Shown piece by piece: positions 18,605-28,028 of a stretch of 64,000 nt of DNA (positions are counted from its first letter, which is position 1; every line of letters starts with the position of its first letter). The notes beneath the pieces are model-generated. The model saw only the letters and a list, made by a program, of their open reading frames with translations, did not search any database and was not told the DNA's origin. The stretch is from Candidatus Latescibacterota bacterium (GTDB taxonomy: Bacteria > Krumholzibacteriota > Krumholzibacteriia > WVZY01), in NCBI GenBank assembly GCA_963791045.1, contig CAWBQK010000006.1:160001-224000 (forward strand). The letters are read 5' to 3'. A program made the position numbers and the translations under genes.

Positions 18605-19282
18605 ATGGCCAATACCAACAAACGTGCGGTGGTTCTTTTGAGCGGCGGGCTCGATTCCATGGTCTCGCTTGCGAAGGCCGACACCGAAATGGAGATCCGG
18701 CTCGTTATCTTCGTGAACTACGGCCAGCGGGCGCTCGAACGCGAACGCGTTGCCGCCGTAGGCGCGGCCAGTTTCTACGGGCTTCCATACCGCGAGGTTG
18801 ATATCGACTGGTTGAAGGACCTTGCTCCGAAAGGGATGCGCGACGATGCGTCGTCCGGAGACGTTTCGCCGGGCGACCTCAAATCACTCGATGCCGTTTG
18901 GATTCCAAACAGGAATGGCCTGTTTTTGAACCTGGCGGCGGCGTTTGCCGAAGCTTACGATTGCGAATACGTCGTGACCGGGTTCAACCGGGACGAGGCC
19001 GTGGAGTTTCCGGACAACCGGCCCGAATACGTCGCGTGTGTAAACAAGGGTCTTGAAGATTCGACTCGCAATCGAGTGCAAGTCGTCAGTTTTACACAGG
19101 ACCTTGGCAAAGGTGAAATAATCGCGCTTGGTGTTGGCCTGGGCGCCCCTCTATCGGCGATTTGGAGTTGTTACGATGGGGGCGAATTGATGTGCGGATG
19201 TTGTGCGTCATGCGCGCATCTCAAACGGGCACTCGATACGCTGCCGACGGATCAAAGGCCTTTTATCCGGTTCGCCGACTGA
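18605..19282 (+). CDS. queC: 7-cyano-7-deazaguanine synthase
   Basis: LLSGGLDS PP-loop, NYGQR, WIPNRN, FPDN, WSCY..CGCCASC. Confidence 0.9.
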   Translation: MANTNKRAVVLLSGGLDSMVSLAKADTEMEIRLVIFVNYGQRALERERVAAVGAASFYGLPYREVDIDWLKDLAPKGMRDDASSGDVSPGDLKSLDAVWIPNRNGLFLNLAAAFAEAYDCEYVVTGFNRDEAVEFPDNRPEYVACVNKGLEDSTRNRVQVVSFTQDLGKGEIIALGVGLGAPLSAIWSCYDGGELMCGCCASCAHLKRALDTLPTDQRPFIRFAD

Positions 19283-19299
19283 ACTCTCACAGGTATAAC

Positions 19300-19854
19300 A
19301 TGTTGAAATACAAAATCATAGAAGACTCGACGGCTTATACGGGCAGGGAGTTACGAAGCGGGTGGATAGCCGGCCGGACGGGACTCACGGGTGATTCCGC
19401 GGCGGGTTTTGTAGGGCCATGTCATGTGGCCAACGAGGATCTTGTCGACCTCGACGACGCGAGGGCGGGGACGTTTATCGAAGCGGTTTCGATGGCGCAC
19501 GTCATCATCGAACATCCTGGGTGTGAGCTGGAGACCATGGTGTGGCGACAGCGGATGTTGGTCGCACTGCTCTGTGAAATTCTTGACGAGAAGGGCTTTG
19601 ACGTTCAACGTTCCGGCGATGACGTGTTTTTTGACAAACGAAAATTGACCGTGTCGATTGCCGCGCCCGGTCCCGAAGGAGCATTGATCCACTTGGGAAT
19701 CAATGTGAACCCGGGCGGTGCGCCGGTCCCCGCGGTGGGACTCGAAGAAATGAATGTCGCCCCGCTGCCGCTCGTCGACGAACTCCTTGCGCGTTACGTG
19801 CGCGAACTGGCTTCGGTCCGTCACGCGACAACAAAAGTCCGTTCCGTCCCGTGA
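19300..19854 (+). CDS. DUF366-like protein (biotin/lipoate ligase-like fold)
   Basis: YTGRELRSGW, GPCHV..DLVDLDD, MAHVIIEH, QRMLV, RSGDDVF..KLTVSIA, IHLGINV; family recognised by eye. Confidence 0.75.
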   Translation: MLKYKIIEDSTAYTGRELRSGWIAGRTGLTGDSAAGFVGPCHVANEDLVDLDDARAGTFIEAVSMAHVIIEHPGCELETMVWRQRMLVALLCEILDEKGFDVQRSGDDVFFDKRKLTVSIAAPGPEGALIHLGINVNPGGAPVPAVGLEEMNVAPLPLVDELLARYVRELASVRHATTKVRSVP

Positions 19855-19863
19855 TGTTAACGA

Positions 19864-19986
19864 TTCGTGAAGTTTTGGGTGGGCTGTCCTTGGTCCGGGG
19901 GTGAATCCACAGGCCGCTATAATTTAGATGCGGCCGAGGACCCTGAACCCCAGGGCCAAGGACAGCCTGCCCCAATAACCCTCGAA
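19864..19986. other. Long imperfect hairpin in the DUF366-queE gap (candidate structured RNA or miniature element)
   Basis: GGCTGTCCTTGG (19882-19893) pairs with CCAAGGACAGCC (19956-19967), extendable on both sides; apical stem GGCCGC/GCGGCC with loop TATAATTTAGAT. Confidence 0.6.
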
Positions 19987-20009
19987 ATAGCGACTGCCAG
20001 GGTGAACCG

Positions 20010-20780
20010 ATGAGTGACGTGACTGGATATGTTTCTGAGATCTTCTGCTCGATACAGGGCGAAGGAAAGTATGTCGGCGAGCGGCAGGTGTTTTTTCGAA
20101 CCGCCGGGTGTTCGGCGACGTGCTACTGGTGCGACACCCAATCGAGCAAAAGGGAACGACCCTTGTGCATCGTCCACGGTCGCGACAGACGATCGCTCGA
20201 CAATCCCCTTACCGTCGAGGTTGCCGTTCGCGAAACTCTCTCCGTGCTCTCAGATCACGCGCCGGTAAGGACGGTCAGTATCACAGGAGGGGAACCGCTC
20301 GAACAGCCTGTTTTTGCCGCAGGTGTGGCCGAAGGGATTCGCGAGAAGGGGTTCAGAATCCACCTCGAAACGAGTGGGCTCGAGCCCGGCGGCCTCGATG
20401 CGGTACTGCCGCATGTGGATGTTGTTGCCATGGATATCAAGTTGCCTTCGGCGACGGCCGGGGAAAATTGGACCGTCCACGGGGCGTTCCTGCAGGGGCT
20501 CGCAGGCGTCCGCCCGGTCGAGGTATTTACTAAAATTGTTGTGGATCATTCAACGCCGCCGGGAGAAATCGAGACGGCGGTCGATCTTATCGCCGAGATT
20601 GACAAAACGATTCCCTTGATTCTTCAGCCGGAGAGTACGACCTTAGTCAAAGAAGCCGACGGACCAGACGCAAGGAACCGCCTCCTTGCAATCCTCGAAC
20701 AATCTCAAGGGTATGCTCTCGAACGGCTGGACGATGTTCGCGTGATTCCGCAGTGTCACAAACTATTGAAGATCAGATAA
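20010..20780 (+). CDS. queE: 7-carboxy-7-deazaguanine synthase (radical SAM)
   Basis: EIFCSIQGEG, FFRTAGCSATCYWCDT (CxxxCxxC), ITGGEPL, LETSG, PQCHK. Confidence 0.93.
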   Translation: MSDVTGYVSEIFCSIQGEGKYVGERQVFFRTAGCSATCYWCDTQSSKRERPLCIVHGRDRRSLDNPLTVEVAVRETLSVLSDHAPVRTVSITGGEPLEQPVFAAGVAEGIREKGFRIHLETSGLEPGGLDAVLPHVDVVAMDIKLPSATAGENWTVHGAFLQGLAGVRPVEVFTKIVVDHSTPPGEIETAVDLIAEIDKTIPLILQPESTTLVKEADGPDARNRLLAILEQSQGYALERLDDVRVIPQCHKLLKIR

Positions 20781-20862
20781 ATATAGATGATACTCGGGGA
20801 CGGGATCTCACGAGCGAGCGATTTCGACAACCGATGATTGACACCCCGCCCGAGGTAAACAA

Positions 20863-21555
20863 ATGGATATGTCACCCGACCAGATTCTTCAACTGATTGT
20901 CGCTATCGTCGTGTTTATATTCTCGGTGATGGTTCACGAGAATGCACATGGGCTGGCCGCGGAGCGTTTCGGTGATCCCACGGCGCGCGACATGGGCCGG
21001 ATCACGATGAACCCTTTGCCCCATATCGATCCGATCGGAACGGTTCTCATGCCGGCGCTGATGATCTTTAGCGGGATACCCCTGATCGGGTGGGCCAAGC
21101 CGGTCCCCGTGAACTCGGCGAACTTCCGGAATCCAATCGTCCAGGACGCCTACGTGGCCGCCGCCGGGCCGATTTCAAACTTCATTCTCGCGCTGGCCGG
21201 AACAGTGCTCTATATCATCGTTCTTCTTTTCTACAAACACTTCCCGGGGCTTCAGGACAGCGCCGATCGATCGCTGATGTTCTTTCGCGCGCTCTGCCAG
21301 AACTTGATTATCATCAACTGCGTTCTGGGTATCTTCAACCTGATCCCGATTCCGCCGCTCGATGGGCACTGGATTCTCTTTCGTTACCTGCCGTCCCGGT
21401 ACGCGGAACTCCTTGCCTCGATGCGTCCGTACGGATTCTTCATCCTGATCATTCTCTTGTGGACGGGTGTGTTGGGGTGGATCATCAGCATCCCGATGCA
21501 GTTTATCGCGGGGGGACTCCTCAACATCGTGTGGTGGAGCGTGTCGTTCATATAA
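20863..21555 (+). CDS. Site-2 protease, peptidase M50
   Basis: HENAH, GWAKPVP, AAAGP, FNLIPIPPLDG. Confidence 0.93.
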   Translation: MDMSPDQILQLIVAIVVFIFSVMVHENAHGLAAERFGDPTARDMGRITMNPLPHIDPIGTVLMPALMIFSGIPLIGWAKPVPVNSANFRNPIVQDAYVAAAGPISNFILALAGTVLYIIVLLFYKHFPGLQDSADRSLMFFRALCQNLIIINCVLGIFNLIPIPPLDGHWILFRYLPSRYAELLASMRPYGFFILIILLWTGVLGWIISIPMQFIAGGLLNIVWWSVSFI

Positions 21556-21589
21556 AAAAAGATCCCTCTCACAGGAGAGGGACCTTTTT
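21554..21589. terminator. Bidirectional intrinsic terminator
   Basis: A-tract, TCCCTCTC-acag-GAGAGGGA, T-tract, between convergent genes. Confidence 0.8.
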
Positions 21590-21614
21590 GACGGCGGCGG
21601 ATGACATTTCCAGA

Positions 21615-22049
21615 TTAAAACTTGATTTGCTTGCCTTTGCCCTCGATGCCGGCTCCCGAATTGTGTACGACGGCATCCACAATCACATGCTGGCTCTCTT
21701 TGTGGATTCTGGAAACCGCGGTGACATGGTAGCGGTAACCCGCACCCGAAACAACCGCAAAGTCTTCGTACGTGGTTTCCGTGATCGGCGTGAGCGTCAG
21801 AAGTGTCGTGACGTCAAGCTGCCCGCCATCTGAACGGTACACGTTGTATCCTAAAAGATGACCCTGGGTGTTGGCGTCCCACGTGAGAACCACCGAAGAA
21901 CCCTGGGCCTCACTTACGAAATTTTGCGGGGGCAGAATAGGCGCTTCTTCAGCGACAGTCGGGGCGACGGTTTCGTCCCCACAGCCAGCGATCAGCGCGC
22001 ATGCTCCCAAGATTACGATCATTGTGAAGTATAATTTATTCGCGCTCAT
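21615..22049 (-). CDS. Lipoprotein with fibronectin type III-like domain
   Basis: Lipobox LIAGC; PPQNF..VVLTWD..GYNVYRS..YRYHVTAV..ES; GGAGG RBS. Confidence 0.8.
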   Translation of the reverse strand: MSANKLYFTMIVILGACALIAGCGDETVAPTVAEEAPILPPQNFVSEAQGSSVVLTWDANTQGHLLGYNVYRSDGGQLDVTTLLTLTPITETTYEDFAVVSGAGYRYHVTAVSRIHKESQHVIVDAVVHNSGAGIEGKGKQIKF

Positions 22050-22173
22050 TTCCGGTCGCCCTCCTTGATAACGATTATCTCTAAACACGCCCTTATTAAA
22101 AGGAGCTGCAAGGCGGTACGGTGTAGGATGTGGGTGGTGTCAGCGGCGACCACCTCGCAGCATTCTGGCATTC

Positions 22174-22190
22174 AGCAAACGTTGTACCAA
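22174..22190 (-). promoter_or_regulatory. sigma54 promoter of the FN3 lipoprotein
   Basis: Minus strand TTGGTACAACGTTTGCT; candidate activator site TGTCAA-N6-TTTACA upstream at 22249-22266. Confidence 0.72.
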
Positions 22191-22507
22191 TTGCCTGTGA
22201 CCTGGTCGAACAAAGTCCTGTTTGGGGCATAAGGACGCCCTTTTCCCATGTCAAACAGCATTTACACCCCTCGAATTCCGCTTACGGGCGCTTGTTTTCC
22301 GGAGGGGGCGCGTGGTTTCCCTGGATGCCGCATAGGGATTGGCGGGGGAGGATCGGCGGGATGCGGTTTGTGTGCAAAATGAACCATGCCGACGGATGTG
22401 GTGCGGGCATAATGCGGCCATCGCAAAAGCCCCTTGACTTTTCACAAGTTATGCTTTAAAACATATACAAGATCTTTGATTATGAATAGGCAAAGGAGGC
22501 CAACTCG

Positions 22508-22786
22508 ATGACGAAAGCCGAAATCGTAGAAGACATCGCCGGTAAGACTGGTCTTACAAAGAAAGACGTGGCGATGGCCATGGACCAGTTTCTGGAGTCG
22601 ATTTCAAAGGCTCTTGCTGAAGGCAAGCATTACGAAATCCGGGGCTTTGGAACCTTCAAAGTGAAGGCCAGAAAAGCACGGATGGCTCGTAATCCTCGGA
22701 CGGGGGAAGCCGTACCGGTCCCGGATCGTAACGTTCCCGTATTCAAGGTGTCAAAAGAACTCAAGGACATGGTCTCCAACGCATAG
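22508..22786 (+). CDS. HU/IHF family DNA-binding protein
   Basis: MTKAEIV, IRGFGTFKV, ARNPRTGE, PVFK. Confidence 0.95.
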   Translation: MTKAEIVEDIAGKTGLTKKDVAMAMDQFLESISKALAEGKHYEIRGFGTFKVKARKARMARNPRTGEAVPVPDRNVPVFKVSKELKDMVSNA

Positions 22787-22857
22787 CTAGCATCTTCCAA
22801 CGCTAACCATTTTCTTGCCCGACACCCTGCGACAACAAAGACCAGGAAAGTGCTGCC

Positions 22858-23895
22858 ATGTCGAAGACGATCGATCTTCGCAGTGATACAGTTACGCGTC
22901 CGGTGCCCGCCATGCGCGAGGCTATCGCAAACGCCGTCGTCGGTGACGACGTGTTTGGCGATGACCCCACGACTATCGAGCTGGAACGCCGTGTATGTGA
23001 GTTGTTCGGCACGGAGGCGGCGATGTTCGTCCCCAGCGGGACCATGGGTAACCAGGTCGCGCTCGCGACAATTACAAGTCCCGGTGACGAAATCATACTC
23101 GACCGTCAGTGCCACATCTTCAATTACGAGGCGGCGGCGCCGTCCGCGCTTTCCTGTGTGCAGACCAATCCGCTCGATGGAGAATCCGGCATTATCACCG
23201 CCGACGAAATCCGACCGCACATCCGTCCCGAAAACCTTCATTGCCCGCCGACACGTGTCATTGCGATCGAGAACACGCACAACAGAGCCGGCGGCCACGT
23301 GTTTCCACTCGATGAAATGCGAAAGATCCGCGTGCTCGCCGATGAGCACGGACTTCTCGTTCATCTCGATGGAGCGCGGCTCGCGAACGCCGTTGTTGCG
23401 TCGGGCGTGCCGTTCAAGGATTACATCGCGTGCGTCGACACGGTAAGCATGTGTTTTTCGAAGGGACTCGGTGCGCCGGTGGGTTCCGTTATGGCCGGTG
23501 GAGCGGAGACGGTGAAGAAGGCCCGCAAAAAGAGAAAACAGTTTGGTGGTGGGATGCGGCAGGCGGGGATTATCGCGGCGGGGGCGTTATATGCGATAAA
23601 CAACCACATTGAGCGCCTTGCCGAGGACCACGAGCACGCCCGCCGTTTGGCCGAAGCGGTGGATGCCGTCGACGGGCTGGAGATGGTTTACCGTCCCGAT
23701 TCGAATATCGTGATCTTCGACGTAGATGAGAAGTTCGATACGCTTGACGGCCTTCTTGCTCGTTTCGCCGAACAGGGAATTCTTGCCGTTCCATTCGGTC
23801 CGACATGGATACGGATGGTGACCCACCTTGATATCAGTGCGGAAGACATCGGTCGGGTGACCGACTTCTTGAAAACCCTCGCGCCCGCCAACTAG
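22858..23895 (+). CDS. ltaE: Low-specificity L-threonine aldolase
   Basis: IDLRSDTVTRP, PSGTMGNQ, ENTHN, HLDGAR, CFSKGLGAP, GGGMRQAG. Confidence 0.95.
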   Translation: MSKTIDLRSDTVTRPVPAMREAIANAVVGDDVFGDDPTTIELERRVCELFGTEAAMFVPSGTMGNQVALATITSPGDEIILDRQCHIFNYEAAAPSALSCVQTNPLDGESGIITADEIRPHIRPENLHCPPTRVIAIENTHNRAGGHVFPLDEMRKIRVLADEHGLLVHLDGARLANAVVASGVPFKDYIACVDTVSMCFSKGLGAPVGSVMAGGAETVKKARKKRKQFGGGMRQAGIIAAGALYAINNHIERLAEDHEHARRLAEAVDAVDGLEMVYRPDSNIVIFDVDEKFDTLDGLLARFAEQGILAVPFGPTWIRMVTHLDISAEDIGRVTDFLKTLAPAN

Positions 23896-23908
23896 CGGGC
23901 GTTTTTTT
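23882..23908 (+). terminator. Intrinsic terminator overlapping the ltaE stop
   Basis: CGCCCGC-caacta-GCGGGCG followed by T7. Confidence 0.6.
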
Positions 23909-23911
23909 ACG

Positions 23912-24631
23912 ATGCACTCCGACGACAACAAGAAGCCTATCCCTAGCGATCTGCCGCCCGGCTCGCTCATCCTTGTGAGCACACCCATTGGTAATCTCGG
24001 CGACATGACTTACCGCGGTGTGGAGATACTGGCTCGGGTGTCAGCGATCCTTGCCGAGGACACGAGGCATACCCGGAAGCTTCTCACTCATTTCAACATT
24101 CAAAACGAGCTCGTTGCGTATCACGATCACAACAAGGAACGGATCACGAAAGGAATCGTTGCGCGGCTGTTGAACGGAGAGGAACTCGCGCTGGTGACGG
24201 ATGCGGGGACGCCGGGAATTTCGGACCCGGGGTTCTATCTTGTTCGGGCCGCGATTGCCGAGGGTATCCCGGTATCTGTCGCTCCCGGGGCGAATTCGAT
24301 TTTGCCCGCGCTCCTGTTGTCCGGTTTTCCGACGGATGCGTTTATCTTCGAAGGATTCCTTCCGCGCAAAACCGGCGAGATTGAACGCAAGATCGCTATG
24401 TTCGAAGATGAACGCCGAACGGTGATCTTTTTTGTGTCACCGCATAAGCTCGTCAAGGTTCTGGGGGCAATCGAAAAACTATTTCCCGAACGAGAGACCG
24501 CGGTGGTTCGTGAGATTACGAAAATTCACGAAGAAGCCAGACGTGGAACGGCGAGCGAACTCATTGCCCATTACGGCCCGCGGCGTGTCAGGGGCGAGAT
24601 CGTGCTTCTGCTCAAGGGCAAAGACAAATGA
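23912..24631 (+). CDS. rsmI: 16S rRNA C1402 2'-O-methyltransferase
   Basis: VSTPIGNLGD, AEDTR, DAGTPGISDPG, FEGFLP, REITKIHEE, GEIVL. Confidence 0.95.
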   Translation: MHSDDNKKPIPSDLPPGSLILVSTPIGNLGDMTYRGVEILARVSAILAEDTRHTRKLLTHFNIQNELVAYHDHNKERITKGIVARLLNGEELALVTDAGTPGISDPGFYLVRAAIAEGIPVSVAPGANSILPALLLSGFPTDAFIFEGFLPRKTGEIERKIAMFEDERRTVIFFVSPHKLVKVLGAIEKLFPERETAVVREITKIHEEARRGTASELIAHYGPRRVRGEIVLLLKGKDK

Positions 24632-24709
24632 ACTTGACGGTCGGCAATCTCTGATATAACGTGAAATCAACTATTTAGGTCTTTCTCTAACCCCCACCAG
24701 GTAGAAAAA

Positions 24710-25402
24710 ATGGCTTTTGACAAACAGGCTATAAAGGACCAATCAAGACGGATTCTCGATCCCGTGGTGGCGATTCTCGCCTCGATGGGCGTGTCCCCGA
24801 TGCTCGTATCGGTGGCCGGACTCGTGATCAGTCTCTATGCGGCGATCCTGATAACAAAGGGTTCACTTTTTTGGGCGGGATTCTGGCTTTTGATTTCCGG
24901 GCTTTGTGATGTGCTTGATGGAGCGCTCGCAAGAGAGCGCGGGCGGGAAACGAAGTTCGGTGCGTTTGTCGACTCGACGTTCGACCGCGTCAGCGAGTTG
25001 CTCGTTTTTGGCGCGATCCTGCTCTATTACTCCGGCGGCGATAGCGGCCGAAAATATCCGGAATTGCTTGTTGTTGTCATCCTCGTTGCCATGGCCGGAT
25101 CCGTACTCGTGAGTTACGCCCGCGCGCGGATCGAGGGACTGGGCGAGACATGCACCGTGGGGCTACTCGAGCGTCCCGAACGTCTCATCCTTCTCATTGT
25201 CGGCCTGTTTCTCAGCCCCCTGCTCATCTTTGTGCTCATCCTGATAGCGTTTGGAACGGTCGTCACCGTACTCCAGAGGATCCATCACGCGCACGAGGTT
25301 CTGTCCGGACCTCCCGGGCTCCCGCCATCGACGGGGGACAGCGAAGAACGGGCTTCCACGACGCCGGCGCCCATTGACGAGGAACCACCGCCGGCTACGT
25401 GA
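24710..25402 (+). CDS. CDP-alcohol phosphatidyltransferase
   Basis: DVLDGALAR..TKFGAFVDSTFDR, VSYARAR.E, GLLERPER. Confidence 0.92.
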   Translation: MAFDKQAIKDQSRRILDPVVAILASMGVSPMLVSVAGLVISLYAAILITKGSLFWAGFWLLISGLCDVLDGALARERGRETKFGAFVDSTFDRVSELLVFGAILLYYSGGDSGRKYPELLVVVILVAMAGSVLVSYARARIEGLGETCTVGLLERPERLILLIVGLFLSPLLIFVLILIAFGTVVTVLQRIHHAHEVLSGPPGLPPSTGDSEERASTTPAPIDEEPPPAT

Positions 25403-25405
25403 CCG

Positions 25406-26053
25406 CTAAAGGTTCATCTGAGGACGAAGCGCGTCGACAATTTTTAAATGTACATCGTTGACTGGCTCCGTGCCGTCAAGAATGACGAGCGCTCCGTAAT
25501 TCTTTTCGTAGAGTTTGCGCGAAGACATGTAGTTCTCGTGGATTCCTTCGAGGATCCGTTTTTTCTCGTAAATTGACGGTGCGTCTTTGCGAGCCTTGAG
25601 GCGCCGGAGACATTCCTTTACGGGGACTTCCAGAAGGATTGTGAGGTCGGGAACAGCGCATCCCTTGTTGACTTCGATCACGCGCCCGGCGGAAATAGAC
25701 GGGTCGAGGGTTTGGTAGGCAATCGACGACCAAATATAGCGATCGCAGACCACGTGCGCGCCGTTCGAGAGAATTTTCTCAAGTGCTTGAGAATGTTCGA
25801 TGCGGTCGGCGGCGAAAAGGAGGCAAAGCGCCGCTTCCGAGAAGTCGATCCGCCCGCCGTCCGCCGGCGACGTAATCCTCCCCGACAGGGCGTCGCGTAT
25901 AAGTTTGCCGACGGGCTCGTCGGTAGGCTCGTTAGTGAGGTGGCTCTCTAAGTCATTGTCATTGATTAGGATATGAAGTTTTTTTGCCTGAGTCGTAGTC
26001 CCCGCCCCGTCGAGCCCCTCGAGAACGACAAACAAACCGCGCTTCTTTTTCAT
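25406..26053 (-). CDS. tmk: Thymidylate kinase
   Basis: EGLDGAGTTTQ, LFAADR, VVCDRY..SS.AYQ, PDLT. Confidence 0.93.
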   Translation of the reverse strand: MKKKRGLFVVLEGLDGAGTTTQAKKLHILINDNDLESHLTNEPTDEPVGKLIRDALSGRITSPADGGRIDFSEAALCLLFAADRIEHSQALEKILSNGAHVVCDRYIWSSIAYQTLDPSISAGRVIEVNKGCAVPDLTILLEVPVKECLRRLKARKDAPSIYEKKRILEGIHENYMSSRKLYEKNYGALVILDGTEPVNDVHLKIVDALRPQMNL

Positions 26054-26392
26054 CCCTCGCCATCCTCTTTGCTTTCCATCGTTTTTGAAATCAATAAGGT
26101 GGTTGCGCCGTCGCCTACTGATAGCATATTTTGTGGGCAATAGAAAGCGGAACATGTAGCGTCCCCGCGCGTAGTAACTAATATGCCTGTGGGCGCAAAG
26201 GCCTTAGTATCGCTATATTGTGCGGGGCCTGGAACCGGCCCTTAACGATGTTGCCCATAACCTGAAAAATGGTTATATTTTTTGCGCTTACAAGGGCTTG
26301 TAAATATTTATCATTGGAATGCCTATTGCAGGGGCCTTCCGACACATTCGCCTCAATAGAACGGCGTATCCTCTAACCCGGAGGCCGACTCC

Positions 26393-28028
26393 ATGAAGTT
26401 CCTCAGATCCCGCAAATTCATCGTATTGTCCGTGATTGCAGTTATTTCGAGCTTCGCGCTCGGTTCGTTGGCTGCAAAAGGCCAGAGCCAGGAGAGCGTG
26501 TTCCACGATCTCGAGATTTTTGCCAAAGTAGTGGAGAAAGTAAAGACCTTTTACGTCGATGAAGTCGATACCCACGAGATGATGACCGACGCTATCGAGG
26601 CGATGCTCAAGGACCTCGATCCGCACAGCCAGTATCTCGCGGGGCTCGATTACGAGGATCTCATGGTGAGCACGCAGGGGCAGTTTGGCGGGTTGGGATT
26701 TTTATTTCGTTCCGGGACAACTTACCCCACCGTGATTTCTCCCATCGAAGGCACGCCGGCCGACCGCGCGGGGATTCAGGGCGGCGACCAGATCGTCGAG
26801 ATCGAAGGCGAGCCGTCGGAGGGATGGCTGGTCCAGAAGGCCGTCCGCTATCTTCGTGGTGAGCCGGGTACGTCGGTTCGTTTCAAAGTAAGCCGCCCGG
26901 GACTTGGCGAACCGATCGAGTACAGTCTCGTCCGCGAGAAGATCCACGTCAAAAGCGTGACTTATAGCGGCATGTTGGACAGACGTGGCTATGTGAAACT
27001 ATCCAGCTTCTCCAAGACCACGCGCGAAGAACTGCAGAGCGCGCTCAGAGACCTGGAGTCGCAGGGTATGGAAGGACTGGTTCTCGATCTGCGGTCCAAC
27101 CCCGGTGGGCTTCTCCAGGCGGCGACAGCTGTTTCGGAGCTTTTTTGGATAAGGACAATCTCGTTGTTTATACAAAGGGCCGTTACGCCCAGAACAATCA
27201 GAAATATTACGCGAGCAAGAGCCGCAAACACACGGGCTATCCGATCGTTGTCATGGTAAATGGTGCCAGCGCCAGCGCGTCGGAGATTGTCGCCGGTGCA
27301 CTCCAGGATTGGGATGCGGGGTTTGTGGTCGGCCAGACATCGTTTGGCAAGGGGACGGTGCAAACTGTTTTCGCGCTGAGCGACACCAGGCGGTCAAGCT
27401 GACGACGGCGAAGTACTACACGCCGTCGGGACGGAGCATCCACAAGGATCACAACATGGAGGAAGAACTTCTCACGGATATGGCGGGCGGCGCGGACATG
27501 GCCGCGGCTGATGATGCCGACAAAATTCTCGCGGATGAAGAGCTGATTTCGAAGAAACCGACCGGCCGGTCTTTCACACGTCAGGCGGCCGCGTCGTCTA
27601 CGGTGGCGGCGGTATCACACCCGATCTCGAATTCGAGCCAAAGAAATACGGCGAGTTCGAGCGGCGGATCGAACGTGACGCGCTCCTTTTTGCGTTTGCC
27701 ATCGACTACTCTACAAAACACGAGATCACCGAAGATTTCGAGGTGGACGACCAGGTGATGGCGAGCCTTCAAAGAGCTTCTCGTCGAGAGGGAATTCGAG
27801 TAGAAGAAGAAGAAATGAGCGGCGACGCCTCGAGTATGTGAAGAAAGCGATTCTGCGGGAAATCGTCTCCAAGAATTTTGGGAGACAAAGCGATGTATCG
27901 GGTCGATGCTCGATCGGGACGAGAATTCCAGCGAGTTCTATCGGATTTACGAAATGGCTCCGACATTGGCGGAGATGTATCAGTACGCGGAGCAGGAGCG
28001 GAATCTCAAGAAAGCCAGTGCCGAATAA
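26393..28028 (+). CDS. C-terminal processing protease, S41A with PDZ (several apparent frameshifts)
   Basis: LDPHS, PDZ ([13 protein letters not shown]), [49 protein letters not shown] spread over successive ORFs; ends ..KKASAE* overlapping the next ATG. Confidence 0.88.

Noticed and set aside
19864-19986. Calling the hairpin 6S RNA, a preQ1 riboswitch or an attC site
   Set aside because: CCCTGAACC..ACAGCCTGC loosely recalls 6S, but the element is shorter than typical 6S RNA. It has no preQ1 stem-loop/A-rich tail pattern and no RYYYAAC..GTTRRRY ends. Left unassigned.
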